From assembly GCA_026914245.1 (NCBI GenBank), contig CP110439.1, positions 1,984,001 to 2,048,000 on the forward strand: 64,000 nucleotides of DNA, read 5' to 3'. Below, piece by piece: positions 61,973 to 64,000 of this stretch. Positions within the stretch are counted from its first letter, which is position 1. Every line of letters begins with the position of its first letter. The notes under the pieces were generated by a model. The model saw only the letters and a program-made list of their open reading frames with translations. It made no database searches and was not told the DNA's origin. The position numbers and the translations under genes are program-made. The stretch comes from Puccinia triticina. Its lineage: Eukaryota.

Positions 61973-63942
61973 ATGGTTCCAGGACCAAGGCGCAACTCTT
62001 ACGAACGCACTACCTACTCCAGCATTCACTTCTGGGTGCTCATTTGGCTAACCTACTTATTCGTGCAAAATGTGCCATGTATGTTTCATCCGAACCCTGC
62101 AGAGACATGGCTCAGGCTGCCGTCGGCTCAAACGATGCAAGAATTGGATTCCCTTCATGATCTCCTCGATTTCTCCCATAGCCCGTTGCCAGAACCTCAT
62201 CCCGCTAGTCGAATCGATACGCGTCCGCCGCCTGGATCACATGACCTTAGCGATATTCTCAATGTTGCCAATATTCCATGGCCGGAATCTCATCCCGATC
62301 CCCGTAGCACTATTAGTATCGACAATGTGCATCCGCTGCCTGAACCGGGTTACCTTCACAACAACAATATCTTTGATTTGCCCCGTAGTCCACAGCTGGA
62401 GTCCCATCCCATTGTCACGGCCACCGACACGCATGCAACGCGTGTTCAAAAAAAGAGGCCAAGCGACAAAAACCAGCTCGAAACTCCAGCGAGAAAAAAG
62501 AAGAAACCCTCAAGCGTTGAGACTGCTCTTGCTTTCGAAATCATCAATTCTGAGCGGCCCATTGAAGAAGAAAGACAAGGTGGCACTGTTGACAATATGC
62601 ATCCGCTTCCTGTATCGGGTCACCTTCTCAACAATAATGTTCTTGATTTCGCCAACCCTCCACAGCTGGAATCTAGTCCCATTCTCACTGCTACCAATAT
62701 GCACCCAATGAGTGTTCAAAAACAGAGGCCAAAGGGGCAAAAAAACTCAAAACTTTAGCGAGAGAAAAGAAGAAACCCTCAAGCGATGATACTACTCTTG
62801 CTTTCGAAATCACCAATTCTGAGCGGACCATTGAAAAAGAAAGACAAGGTGGCACTGTTGAAAACATGCGTCCGCTGTCTGCATCCGGTTACCTTCACAG
62901 CAATAATATTCTTGATTTTTCCAGCCCTCCACAGCTTGAATACAGTCCCATTCTCACTTCCACCAAGATGCACCCAATGAGTATTCAAAAACAAAGGCCA
63001 AACGGCCAAGAAAAGCTCAACAGCTTGGTGAGAAAAAATATGAAACCCTCTGATACTGCTCCTGCTTTTGAAATCATCAATTCTATGCGGCCAAGGGAAA
63101 GCGAAATACGAGTCATCTTTGAAGCAATCCGAAGCTTGAAAAAACTCAACGGGGACAGATTCATAGGAAGCAAAAAGGAAGGCGAATAGAAGATGCTTAA
63201 GATAGAGGAGGATCAAGTTTGCAAATGCCTTTTTTGAAAGGAAGGCAGGGGTGAAAACACAGACATCTACAATCAAATTGTAAACGTTAGGACACCAGAA
63301 ACCACACTTGATATTTCCGCACAACATAAAGCAAGAAGGTGGAGTGCCATGTCACGATTCATGAAAGAAGCCAACAATAACAATCTTGAATTGTGGTTGC
63401 TCTACACTTATCGTGTTGTCCTGCAGTTTGTAGATCTTAAAATTCAGCTTCAAGAAAAAATCCAGACTAATTACTCTGGACCACAGGTACAAAGTTTACT
63501 GGACGACTTGGAATACTCCCAGAAAGTTCTACCAGTCTATTTGTTCTATGTAGATGTAATCAACACACTCATTCCAGCCCAAGTTGCGGGGATCAAAGAT
63601 GTGGCTACATTGCAATCACAAAGGCAAGCAGCTGGGCGTCATTTTTTTGAGTACCTGCGTGAACTTATTGAGCACCCATACCGGGTAGAATATACACCTC
63701 TCATAAAGGACAGATTGCAATTATCAAAATTGGATTTGCATATAAAAAACAGCGTTATTTCAACTTTTTGTTGGCCCATCTTAATCCAATGGATCTATCC
63801 CTCAAGAGCTTTGTTATCATCTTCAATGCTTCTTCATTGCAAGAAAGGAGAATTACCCCAAAGATTCAAGTACTTGATCAACAAAATCTTTGCCTGTTAT
63901 GTGGAGCAGTTCTTTGACAAGCCCATGATTACACTTCATTGA
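61973..63942 (+). pseudogene. Repeat-containing, secreted-like rust protein gene broken by frameshifts/stops (or assembly errors)
   Basis: Hydrophobic N-terminal segment; three ~270-nt internal repeats (HPL..GYLH.NN..D...PQLE..PI.T.T..H...VQK.RP) split across ORFs 61973-62758, 62866-63189 and 63349-63942. Confidence 0.6.
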
Positions 63943-64000
63943 AGTCCCCTTTGTTAAAACTTCAGACAGATGTAATTGAATATTTGTTTTCTTTCAATTT

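Overview
Eukaryotic, intron-rich and heavily transposon-laden DNA. The gene style and TE repertoire suggest a basidiomycete rust fungus (Pucciniales/Puccinia-like); this is inference, not a database result. Host genes: a GT49 (LARGE/B4GAT1-like) glycosyltransferase, TOM20, UPF2/NMD2, a probable GPI-anchored Ser/Pro/Asn-rich secreted protein, a small membrane protein, a low-complexity orphan ORF and a disrupted repeat-containing secreted-like gene. Most other sequence is TEs whose ends and target-site duplications (TSDs) can be read directly: nested MULE-, PIF/Harbinger-, CACTA-, Tc1/mariner-, hAT- and P-like MITEs, a very young 2.1-kb copia-type non-autonomous element carrying an orphan 494-aa ORF, a solo LTR, an LTR retrotransposon remnant and a near-complete tyrosine-recombinase (DIRS-type) retrotransposon at about 32.7-39.4 kb. 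Highlights: (1) the YR retrotransposon has two introns in gag plus a third predicted intron that deletes the gag stop and fuses Gag to RT/RNase H, a WVDD RT motif, a tRNA-like cloverleaf in its leader, and a hairpin-dense 3' tail that pairs with the 5' end; (2) tRNA-like modules with intact acceptor/D/T arms but decayed anticodon arms recur inside several unrelated TEs; (3) one palindromic GATGACCGG..CCGGTCATC minisatellite is cargo in four TIR elements of three superfamilies. Positions 1-6600 look like degenerate repeats that I could not resolve. Coordinates were counted by eye and may be off by a few bases.
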